Assembly: GCA_964016885.1 (NCBI GenBank)
Contig: OZ024745.1
Location: forward strand, 4,402,001-4,466,000
Direction of reading: 5' to 3'
DNA: 64,000 nucleotides
Source: Eledone cirrhosa
Lineage: Eukaryota
The notes under the pieces were generated by a model, which saw only the letters and a list, made by a program, of their open reading frames with translations, was not told the DNA's origin and did no database searches. The first letter of the stretch is position 1, and the number at the start of each line of letters is the position of its first letter. Positions 27,015 through 36,245 of the stretch are shown here, in pieces. The position numbers were made by a program, and so were the translations under genes.

Positions 27015-29648
27015 CTTGTACCTAAGGAAGAAACTAGAATCACAGAGTTAAGATTTTAGACCACTGACCACTTGTACCTAAGGAAGAAACTAGAATCACA
27101 GAGTTAAGATTTTAGACCACTGACCACTTGTACCTAAGGAAGAAACTAGAATCACAGAGTTAAGATTTTAGACCACTGACCACTTGTACCTAAGGAAGAA
27201 ACTAGAATCACAGAGTTAAGATTTTAGACCACTGACCACTTGTACCTAAGGAAGAAACTAGAATCACAGAGTTAAGATTTTAGACCACTGACCACTTGTA
27301 CCTAAGGAAGAAACTAGAATCACAGAGTTAAGATTTTAGACCACTGACCACTTGTACCTAAGGAAGAAACTAGAATCACAGAGTTAAGATTTTAGACCAC
27401 TGACCACTTGTACCTAAGGAAGAAACTAGAATCACAGAGTTAAGATTTTAGACCACTGACCAGCTGTACCTAAGGAAGAAACTAGAATCACAGAGTTAAG
27501 ATTTTAGACCACTGACCACTTGTACCTAAGGAAGAAACTAGTATCACAGAGTTAAGATTTTAGACCACTGACCACTTGTACCTAAGGAAGAAACTAGAAT
27601 CACAGAGTTAAGATTTTAGACCACTGACCACTTGTACCTAAGGAAGAAACTAGAATCACAGAGTTAAGATTTTAGACCACTGACCACTTGTACCTAAGGA
27701 AGAAACTAGAATCACAGAGTTAAGATTTTAGACCACTGACCACTTGTACCTAAGGAAGAAACTAGAATCACAGAGTTAAGATTTTAGACCACTGACCACT
27801 TGTACCTAAGGAAGAAACTAGTATCACAGAGTTAAGATTTTAGACCACTGACCAGCTGTACCTAAGGAAGAAACTAGAATCACAGAGTTAAGATTTTAGA
27901 CCACTGACCACTTGTACCTAAGGAAGAAACTAGAATCACAGAGTTAAGATTTTAGACCACTGACCAGCTGTACCTAAGGAAGAAACTAGAATCACAGAGT
28001 TAAGATTTTAGACCACTGACCACTTGTACCTAAGGAAGAAACTAGAATCACAGAGTTAAGATTTTAGACCACTGACCAGCTGTACCTAAGGAAGAAACTA
28101 GAATCACAGAGTTAAGATTTTAGACCACTGACCAGCTGTACCTAAGGAAGAAACTAGAATCACAGAGTTAAGATTTTAGACCACTGACCACTTGTACCTA
28201 AGGAAGAAACTAGAATCACAGAGTTAAGATTTTAGACCACTGACCACTTGTACCTAAGGAAGAAACTAGAATCACAGAGTTAAGATTTTAGACCACTGAC
28301 CACTTGTACCTAAGGAAGAAACTAGAATCACAGAGTTAAGATTTTAGACCACTGACCACTTGTACCTAAGGAAGAAACTAGAATCACAGAGTTAAGATTT
28401 TAGACCACTGACCACTTGTACCTAAGGAAGAAACTAGAATCACAGAGTTAAGATTTTAGACCACTGACCACTTGTACCTAAGGAAGAAACTAGAATCACA
28501 GAGTTAAGATTTTAGACCACTGACCACTTGTACCTAAGGAAGAAACTAGAATCACAGAGTTAAGATTTTAGACCACTGACCACTTGTACCTAAGGAAGAA
28601 ACTAGAATCACAGAGTTAAGATTTTAGACCACTGACCACTTGTACCTAAGGAAGAAACTAGAATCACAGAGTTAAGATTTTAGACCACTGACCACTTGTA
28701 CCTAAGGAAGAAACTAGAATCACAGAGTTAAGATTTTAGACCACTGACCACTTGTACCTAAGGAAGAAACTAGAATCACAGAGTTAAGATTTTAGACCAC
28801 TGACCACTTGTACCTAAGGAAGAAACTAGAATCACAGAGTTAAGATTTTAGACCACTGACCACTTGTACCTAAGGAAGAAACTAGAATCACAGAGTTAAG
28901 ATTTTAGACCACTGACCACTTGTACCTAAGGAAGAAACTAGAATCACAGAGTTAAGATTTTAGACCACTGACCACTTGTACCTAAGGAAGAAACTAGAAT
29001 CACAGAGTTAAGATTTTAGACCACTGACCACTTGTACCTAAGGAAGAAACTAGAATCACAGAGTTAAGATTTTAGACCACTGACCACTTGTACCTAAGGA
29101 AGAAACTAGAATCACAGAGTTAAGATTTTAGACCACTGACCACTTGTACCTAAGGAAGAAACTAGTATCACAGAGTTAAGATTTTAGACCACTGACCACT
29201 TGTACCTAAGGAAGAAACTAGAATCACAGAGTTAAGATTTTAGACCACTGACCAGCTGTACCTAAGGAAGAAACTAGTATCACAGAGTTAAGATTTTAGA
29301 CCACTGAGCACTTGTACCTAAAGAAGAAACTAGTATCACAGTTAAGATTTTAGACCACTGACCACTTGTAACTAAGGAAGAAACTAGTATCACAGAGTTA
29401 AGATTTTAGACCACTGACCACTTCTACCTAAGGAAGAAACTAGTATCACAGAGTTAAGATTTTAGACCACTGACCACTTGTACCTAAAGAAGAAACTAGT
29501 ATCACAGAGTTAAGATTTTGGACCACTGACCAGCTGTACCTAAGGAAGAAACTAGTATCACAGAGTTAAGATTTTGGACCACTGACCAGCTGTACCTAAG
29601 GAAGAAACTAGTATCACAGAGTTAAGATTTTGGACCACTGACCAGCTG
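27015..29648. repeat. 56-bp intronic minisatellite (~47 copies; CTTGTACCTAAGGAAGAAACTAGAATCACAGAGTTAAGATTTTAGACCACTGACCA)
   Basis: Period of 56 (27015, 27071, ...). Near-identical centre with more variant units at the 3' edge. Confidence 0.98.
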
Positions 29649-29782
29649 TTCATTAATTCACATCTACTTCTGTTTTTCTCCTTGAGCAAGTTACATAATT
29701 CTGTTATTTCCCAATTCTGTAGTTTGTGGTTGGAATCATCATTTAACAAATATTTTCCATGCTTGAATAGGTTAAACAGGTT

Positions 29783-30776
29783 AGACTGGTCAGATGACCT
29801 TGCCATTTACTGAGGCTAAACTGGTCAGATGACCTTGTCATTTACTGAGGCTAAACTGGTCAGATGACCATGCCATTTACTGAGGCTAGACTTGTCAGAT
29901 GACCTTGCCATTTACTGAGGCTAAACTGGTCAGATGACCTTGTCATTTACTGAGGCTACTGGTCAGATGACCTTGCCATTTACTGCGGCTAAACTGGTCA
30001 GATGACCTTGTCATTTACTGAGGCTAAACTGGTCAGATGACCTTGCCATTTACTGAGGCTAAACTGGTCAGATGACCTTGTCATTTACTGAGGCTAAACT
30101 GGTCAGATGACCTTGTCATTTACTGAGGCTAAACTGGTCAGATGACCATGCCATTTACTGAGGCTAGACTTGTCAGATGACCTTGTCATTTACTGAGGCT
30201 AAACTGGTCAGATGACCTTGTCATTTACTGAGGCTAAACTGGTCAGATGACCATGCCATTTACTGAGGCTAGACTTGTCAGATGACCTTGTCATTTACTG
30301 AGGCTACTGGTCAGATGACCTTGCCATTTACTGAGGCTAAACTGGTCAGATGACCTTGTCATTTACTGAGGCTAAACTGGTCAGATGACCTTGTCATTTA
30401 CTGAGGCTAAACTGGTCAGATGACCATGCCATTTACTGAGGCTAGACTTGTCAGATGACCTTGCCATTTACTGAGGCTAGACTGGTCAGATGACCTTGCC
30501 ATTTACTGAGGCTAGACTGGTCAGATGACCTTGCCATTTACTACGGCTAAACTGGTCAGATGACCTTGCCATTTACTGAGGCTAGACTGGTCAGATGACC
30601 TTGCCATTTACTGAGGCTAGACTGGTCAGATGACCTTGCCATTTACTGAGGCTAAACTGGTCAGATGACCTTGCCATTTACTGAGGCTAGACTGGTCAGA
30701 TGACCTTGCCATTTACTGAGGCTAGACTGATCAGATGACCTTGCCATTTACTGAGGCTAAACTGGTCAGATGACCA
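29783..30776. repeat. 35-bp intronic minisatellite (~28 copies; CTGGTCAGATGACCTTGYCATTTACTGAGGCTARA)
   Basis: Period of 35 (29821, 29856, ...). Each unit contains the palindrome GGTCA-GA-TGACC. Confidence 0.97.
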
Positions 30777-31423
30777 CATCTTGCTTGTATGCTAGATTTC
30801 TATGGCTGGATGCCCTTCCACTTTACAGTATTTTAATATGGCGCCAGCAATACCACCTTACAGGGTGGCCTGAGTGATTTTGTACTAATGCTACTATTTT
30901 AGAAAGTGGTCTAGGTACATTTTATCATGGTACCAGCACAACCACATTACAGTAGCAGGGTGTTAGCCATGGCTGAGGAGGCATTAATGTGTGTGGTTAT
31001 GTAAAATGAGAGTGGCTGGCATAGTTCAAAGCCCTCTTACTTTTGTGAGTTCAGGAAACTGAAATAATTATATATTCACAGGCATGTGGTTACAAAGAGT
31101 TCACTTCCTAACCTCATGTTTCAAATTATTGTATGTCACCATTGTACCTTGAATAAGAGTTTTCTAAGAAAATACTTAAGAATTTGAAGGGGTTTAGTAA
31201 TATAACTACTTTTCTCATTATTAAGCTAGTATTTGGAACATAACTTAAAGTTTCTTACATAAAATTATGCGAGTTTTTGTATAAATATAAACACTTTAAC
31301 AGAAATAGTTGTGTATTGTAGGAAACGGAATCAATATCAGATAATTTTGGGGTTCAAAAGGGTTGAATGTTTTTATGTTTGTATAAAGTTTGGATTGTTT
31401 TTTCTTTTCATTTCTTCCTTTAG

Positions 31424-31501
31424 CAATTAAGTGAATGCCTCGATAACTTTAACTTTGACTGGAAAATTGATCCTGGAGATGGTGCTTTTTATGGACCAAA
31501 A
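31424..31501 (+). CDS. TARS: Threonyl-tRNA synthetase exon (QLSECLDNFNFDWKIDPGDGAFYGPK)
   Basis: Long pyrimidine tract plus tag| acceptor, |gtaagg donor. GDGAFYGPK motif. 78 nt. Confidence 0.97.
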
Positions 31502-31592
31502 GTAAGGTACCACCAATTATAGACTTTCTTTTATAATTCATAAAATATTAGTCATACTAATTTAAGTAACAACACAATATTTTATATTTTAG

Positions 31593-31796
31593 AAGCGAGT
31601 GGATTGTCAGAATTGGTAGACCATCGGGTAAAATGCCATTGTGGAATTTAGTTAGAACTTTCTATGTTCTGATTTCAAATGGCTCCAAGATGAACTTTAC
31701 CTTTCATCCTTCCAGACTTCATAAAATGGGGTTGATTTAATCAACTTTGGAGACCTCCTTTGCTAATTTGCTGGCCCTGAGCCTCAATTAGAAATT
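31593..31796 (+). mobile_element. Nin-domain-like SINE with 17-bp target-site duplication
   Basis: Homologous to the 32758 copy (..TTTACCTTTCATCCTTCC..GGGGTTGATTTAATCAACTT..GCTGGCCCTGAGCC..TTAGAAA). Flanked by AATATTTTATATTTTAG (31576-31592) and AATATTCTATATTTTAG (31797-31813). Confidence 0.8.
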
Positions 31797-31971
31797 AATA
31801 TTCTATATTTTAGTTTAATATCACAGTTGTTTGACTCATATAAATAATAATATCAAATATTCTGAATTTTTAACATAATGATGTTTCTTACTGTAAAACT
31901 AATCAATATTGTATTGATTATTGAGTTATTTTCTACAATGTTTCTAATACCTTAACCTATCTGTAAACCCC

Positions 31972-32738
31972 TTCAGTCATAACTTTGCCCATAGAAAGTT
32001 CCTCTCCGAGGCACAAGCCTTGGCAAGTGGCCTATGCATGCTGGTCTCCCTTCACACTACCAATGTTGTCCCAGGGAAATGCAAAGGCTGATACAGCTTG
32101 GCACCAGTGACATCACAACTCATACAATATATATACATTATATATACATACTATATATACACTATATATACATTATATATGACCTTATCTCAGGAAAATA
32201 CAAAGGGCAATACAACTCGTTTTTTTCCAACTGAGACATCACCATCATATCTTGTGCCAGTGCCGTATCCATTGAAGTACAGCGTCGTTTGCTTCCATCA
32301 GGTCTTGGTTGGAGCATGTGGGTCCCAGTGAGCACCCACGGGAGATGTGGGCTATGGTCTGGGAGGTCTCGCCGCAGGGGCACTCACCGCAGGTGGCCAA
32401 TCCCCACTTGTGGAGGTTGTCTCCAGTTTTGCCCGTTTTGGCTCTGGCCCTGTTTAGGGTTACCCAGTCCTTTCTGCTAAGAGATGCTCCATTGGGGAGG
32501 CCGCGTTGGGTGGGGGCGGTCACTCTCCCTCCACTTTTCCAACCTGTAAGCCACCAATTGTGCATGATCCAGGCTATCCACGGTTAAGAAGCTTTTTCAA
32601 GATTTTAATCTGAGTGAACTGGAGCGATGTAAAATGAAATGTCTTGCTTAAGGACATGTGTTACCTGGTCTGGGAATCAAACTTACAATTTTCTGATTGT
32701 GATCCCAACACTCTAACCACTAAACCACACACCTTCAC
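31972..32738 (-). mobile_element. Composite of minus-strand SINE pieces (head at 32610-32738, body/tail at ~31972-32235) interrupted by a LINE fragment
   Basis: 32610-32738 is the reverse complement of a tRNA-like head homologous to 26442-26558. The body segment GGAAATGCAAAGGCTGATACAGCTTGGCACCAGTG (~32075-32110) has a diverged second copy at ~32190-32220. Confidence 0.6.
32236..32609 (-). mobile_element. 5'-truncated non-LTR retrotransposon (RTE-X-like) 3' end
   Basis: ORF 32245-32565(-): LPNGASLSRKDWVTLNRARAKTGKTGDNLHKWGL..CGECPCGETSQTIAHISRGC..AVLQWI. This matches the C-x-C-G..QT..H...C C-terminal motif of RTE-X ORF2. It is followed by a TGATGGTGATG tail, is GC-richer than its flanks, and has CTGAG on both sides. 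Confidence 0.75.
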
Positions 32739-32757
32739 CTTTACTATTATTATTATA

Positions 32758-32972
32758 GGGTGGTGGATTGGTAGAATCGGTAGAGCATCAGACAACATGC
32801 TTTGTGGCATAGAGTTATGGCTCTTTACGTTCTGAGTTCAAATCCAGCTGAGGTTAGCTTTGCCTTTCATAAAGCACGAGTAATGCACTGGGGTTGATTT
32901 AATTTGATGATGATGATGATGATCCTCTTCAGATTACTGGCTTTGTGTCTAAAGTAGAAACCATTATTATAT
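32758..32972 (+). mobile_element. Nin-domain-like SINE whose tail abuts the TARS splice acceptor
   Basis: GGGTGGTGGATTGGTAGAATCGGTAGAGC...GTTCTGAGTTCAAATCC (B box)...GCTTTGCCTTTCAT...GCACTGGGGTTGATTTAAT...CTGGCTTTGTGTCTAAAGTAGAAACCATTATTAT. Confidence 0.8.
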
Positions 32973-32979
32973 ATTGTAG

Positions 32980-33080
32980 ATTGATATCACAATCTTGGAT
33001 GCATTACAACGACCTCATCAATGTGCAACTATTCAACTTGACTTTCAGTTACCTCTTAGATTTAACCTCTCTTACATCAG
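32980..33080 (+). CDS. TARS: Threonyl-tRNA synthetase exon ([34 protein letters not shown])
   Basis: ttgtag| acceptor and |gtaagt donor. [12 protein letters not shown] motif. 101 nt, phase 0 to 2. Confidence 0.97.
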
Positions 33081-33174
33081 GTAAGTTTCTTTTTCTCTCT
33101 CTCTCTCTCTTCCATATTTTGTTCTTCTTCTCATTTCTATTTTTAAATTACTTTTATTTAGATACAATGTTCTT

Positions 33175-33292
33175 GGTGGCACGTAGCTTAATGGTTAGAG
33201 AATTGGATTCACAACCTTGTGGTTGTGAGTTCGATTCCTGGACCAGGCGATGTGTTATGTCCTTGAGCAAGACACTTTATTTCATGCTGCTC
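33175..33292 (+). mobile_element. tRNA-derived SINE head
   Basis: A box TAGCTTAATGGT, B box GAGTTCGATTCC, then GTCCTTGAGCAAGACACTTTATTTCA. Confidence 0.8.
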
Positions 33293-33419
33293 TTTCTGCC
33301 AGGAAAAAGACCAATGGAAACGTTGTTTCCTTGGTCCAGTTTGACAAGTTCCACCTCACTCGGTAAGCAAATGAGGTCTGGGATCTTGCTAATGGCTCGT
33401 TTGTGGTAAATTCCTGACA

Positions 33420-33612
33420 ATATAGTTGTGAGGTTAAGGTGGTGAACTCTTCACCATATAGTTGTGAGGTTAAGGTGGTGAACTTTTCACCATATAGTTG
33501 TGAGGTTATGGTGGTGAACTCTTCACCATATAGTTGTGAGGTTATGGTGGTGAACTCTTTACCATATAGTTGTGAGGTTATGGTGGTGAACTCTTCACCA
33601 TATAGTTATGAG
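33420..33612. repeat. 36-bp minisatellite (~5 copies; ATATAGTTGTGAGGTTAWGGTGGTGAACTCTTCACC)
   Basis: Direct tandem units with the internal palindrome GGTGAA-CTC-TTCACC. Runs into the B-box-like GAGTTCAATC. Confidence 0.92.
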
Positions 33613-33676
33613 TTCAATCTTTACTCAGGTTATAGTGCACTGATTAGTAAGCAGTAGTGGGAGTGGGTTATCTGGT

Positions 33677-33950
33677 GGAGGCACATAGCTGAGTGGTTAG
33701 AGTGTTGGACTGACAATCATAATGTCATGGGTTCAATTCCTTGATTGTGTGATATGCTATGTTCTTGAGAAAAACACTTCATTACACGTTTCAGTAGACT
33801 CAGCTGACAATGAGTTCCAGCAGTAGCTGGGAGTTCACCCTGCAATGGACTGGCATCATGTCCAGGAGGCAGTCTTGTACTCTCAATCACTTAACACCCA
33901 TGAAACTGAGATAAACTCAGGCCTGAGATATGCCTCCAGGCTTGCAATAG
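33677..33950 (+). mobile_element. Near full-length tRNA-derived SINE with a V/Meta-like central domain
   Basis: A box TAGCTGAGTGGTTAG, B box GGTTCAATTCC, GTTCTTGAGAAAAACACTT, then ACCCTGCAATGGACTGGCATCATGTCCAGG...GAAACTGAGATAAACTC. Confidence 0.75.
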
Positions 33951-34066
33951 AAGAAAGGGAGTATCTAGTTATCACTGATTCTAACAATTTATAAAGGTTG
34001 ATGTCAAACTATAAAATGAGGAGATAGTAATTGTTCTGTTGAAAGTTGTCATAATATGCTGAAAGT

Positions 34067-34277
34067 AATAATGGTTTCTGATCCCAGCATTTTTGGGAGA
34101 GGGGGAACGTTGATTAAATCGAACCAGTGTATTACAGGTACTTTATTTTATCGACCCCATAAAGCTAATCTCAGCAGTAAACAAAGAATCTCAGCTAATC
34201 TCAGCAGGATTTGAACTCAAAACATAAAGGGATGTAACTCTATGCTGCAAAGCATATTGTCTGACGCTCTACCAATT
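34067..34277 (-). mobile_element. Nin-domain-like SINE
   Basis: Reverse-complement homolog of 32758-32972 (..GGTACTTTATTTTATCGACCCC..GGATTTGAACTC..TGTCTGACGCTCTACCAATT). Confidence 0.75.
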
Positions 34278-34408
34278 AATAATAATATTAAAGCTAGTGT
34301 TAATGATAGTTTCTACTAGTTTCTAACATTTAGTTTATTGAAGTATTTCATGTTTAATGAGGTTCAGTTTTTAATAATCAATGTCTTAACCTCTTTTCCA
34401 ATCATCAG

Positions 34409-34513
34409 TGGAGAAGGTGGTGATAAGAAAACACCTGTTATTATCCATCGTGCTGTTCTTGGCTCAGTTGAGAGAATGATTGCTATCCTCTGTGAAAGTT
34501 ATGCCGGTAAATG
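34409..34513 (+). CDS. TARS: Threonyl-tRNA synthetase exon ([35 protein letters not shown]; class II motif 3)
   Basis: catcag| acceptor and |gtaagt donor. [11 protein letters not shown] motif. 105 nt, phase 2 to 2. Confidence 0.97.
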
Positions 34514-34610
34514 GTAAGTCTTGAATATATTTCAGTTTTGAAACATATGGTTGTTGTAAACAAAGAATCAAACCTATAGTTTTGATCAAATTTTGAATTT
34601 TGCAAGTTTG

Positions 34611-34792
34611 TAAGCTTGCTTCAATGCAGGTTTTTCGACTATGAAAAATAGTTGAAGAAATTGGTGATATAAACCCCTAGAGACAGCAGGTGTGAGATCA
34701 ATTCTTACAGGCAATACTCTGCACTTAGGGGTTTATATACCCAACTGGATCACTTTTCATAATAAAAACAAAACCTGCATTAAAGCTGCTTA
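34611..34792. repeat. Imperfect palindromic (MITE-like) element
   Basis: TAAGC..TTCAATGCAGGTTTT..TATGAAAA..TTGGTGATATAAACCCCTA pairs with TAGGGGTTTATATACCCAA..TTTTCATA..AAAACCTGCATTAAAGC..GCTTA. Confidence 0.75.
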
Positions 34793-34875
34793 TGTTAAGC
34801 TAACATTTTCTAAATTCCTAAGTCTGTTGTATTTTTATGTATGATAGTTATAATATATCTGGTTTTAGTTATATA

Positions 34876-35026
34876 TTTCTAATTGATAGTTTAAAAAACA
34901 AAGAAAATGTTTATTTTTAGCTGTAAATCATCATCATCATCATCGTTTAACGTCCATGATGATGATGATGATGATTTACAGCTAAAAATAAACATTTTCT
35001 TTGTTTTTTAAACTATCAATTAGAAA
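34876..35026. repeat. Perfect inverted repeat: 69-bp arms, 13-nt loop
   Basis: 34876-34944 (TTTCTAATTGATAG...CTGTAA(ATC)6) is the exact reverse complement of 34958-35026. Loop is GTTTAACGTCCAT. Confidence 0.95.
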
Positions 35027-35085
35027 ATAATTTAAAGAAGTTATTGAGAATGAAATTAGATCCAGTTTTATAACTTTATTTCTAG

Positions 35086-35158
35086 GCCTTTCTGGATCTC
35101 TCCACGACAATCTATTGTGGTTCCTGTTGCTTCACCATTTGATGATTATGCTCAACTT
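35086..35158 (+). CDS. TARS: Threonyl-tRNA synthetase exon (WPFWISPRQSIVVPVASPFDDYAQL)
   Basis: tttctag| acceptor and |gtaagt donor. WPFWxSPRQ motif. 73 nt. Confidence 0.97.
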
Positions 35159-35228
35159 GTAAGTATACTTTGCTTCTGCTATAGTTTCTTAAAGCAACCT
35201 GAAGATTATCTTATTTTCCCTCAGTTGT

Positions 35229-35756
35229 ATCATCATCATCATCATCATCGTTTAACGTCTATCTTCCACGCTAGCATGAGTTTAGATGGGAATTGTCCCA
35301 CTTGAGGCAAGATTGGTCATCTCGCTCGTATGGGACTGTCTGGCACGTGTCTTTATATTATAACCTTCACCTTTCGTAGATCTACAAAAATGTATTGACA
35401 GAGATCAACTTGAAATCCAACCATTTTGTTGCTCACATATATAAAAGGGTTGAGAAGACAGGATGTTTTTTACAGCTGGATGTTCTTTCTGAAACCAACC
35501 CATTTAGTCACCTTTTATGATGCACAGGAATACAGTGTACCTATTCTAAACACCAGGATACATAAATTCTGTTGGGGTCAGCTTTACTATTTCTTCTACA
35601 GTTGTGTCAAAAAGCATGACAACTTCTCCTGTGCACTCAATAGAACGTATGGCTGTATGGGAGGTCAGTAGCCCTGCTTTAGTTCTGACTTGGTCTATAT
35701 AGACCTGTCCAACCCATGCTAGCAAGGAAAATGGATGTTAAACGATGATGATGATA
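35229..35756. mobile_element. Two retroposon 3' tails in inverted orientation bracketing ~400 bp
   Basis: (CAT)nCGTTTAACGTCTATCTTCCACGCTAGCATGAGTT (35229-35281) pairs with AACCCATGCTAGCAAGGAAAATGGATGTTAAACGATGATGATGAT (~35711-35755). Related tail pieces occur at ~26570, ~29735, ~34927 and ~36880. Confidence 0.6.
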
Positions 35757-35926
35757 ACGAATCAGTAAAATATGTGTTAATAATATACTGAGAAGTATAT
35801 TCAACCAAATAAACCTTCTAGGGAAGAAAAAAAATATATAAAGGGTTTGTGTCTATGAAAACCATCATTAATGATTACATAAAATATAGATTTATAATAA
35901 CTATTTTTTCTTTCTGTAAATCTCAG

Positions 35927-36041
35927 GTGAGCAAACAAGTACATGATGCTGGGTTTATTTGTGATGTAGATTTAGATCCTGGAACTACCATGAACAAGAA
36001 AATCCGTAATGCTCAGTTGGCTCAATATAACTTCATATTTG
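35927..36041 (+). CDS. TARS: Threonyl-tRNA synthetase exon ([38 protein letters not shown]; anticodon-binding domain)
   Basis: tctcag| acceptor and |gtaagt donor. [15 protein letters not shown] motif. 115 nt, phase 0 to 1. Confidence 0.97.
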
Positions 36042-36245
36042 GTAAGTGGATCAATATTTTATATTTTAGTTTAATATCACAGATTTTCTGACTCATAAAT
36101 AAAAGACCTAGCAATATCTAATATTCTGGATTATTAACATGTTTCTTAAATTGATGGCCTGGTGCTAAATTAGAAACCTAGTATAGTAAGGTAATTTTGA
36201 GTTTTAATTAGACATATTATTAATTAGTAATATTTAATGTTTCAG

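Noticed and set aside
27015-30776. CRISPR-like appearance of the 56-bp and 35-bp arrays (palindromic 35-mer)
   Set aside because: The units are head-to-tail with no unique spacers, there are no cas genes, and the context is a eukaryotic intron.
33175-33250. Possible tRNA gene (A and B boxes)
   Set aside because: No convincing cloverleaf or acceptor stem. It continues into SINE body sequence and has several diverged copies nearby.
32945-33409. 154-aa ORF overlapping a TARS exon
   Set aside because: It is in a different frame from the conserved ThrRS exon and runs through intron and SINE sequence, with no recognisable protein features.
34384-34408. TCTTAAC upstream of an acceptor, resembling a U12 branch site
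   Set aside because: The matching donor is GTAAGT (U2-type), not GTATCCTT or ATATCCTT.
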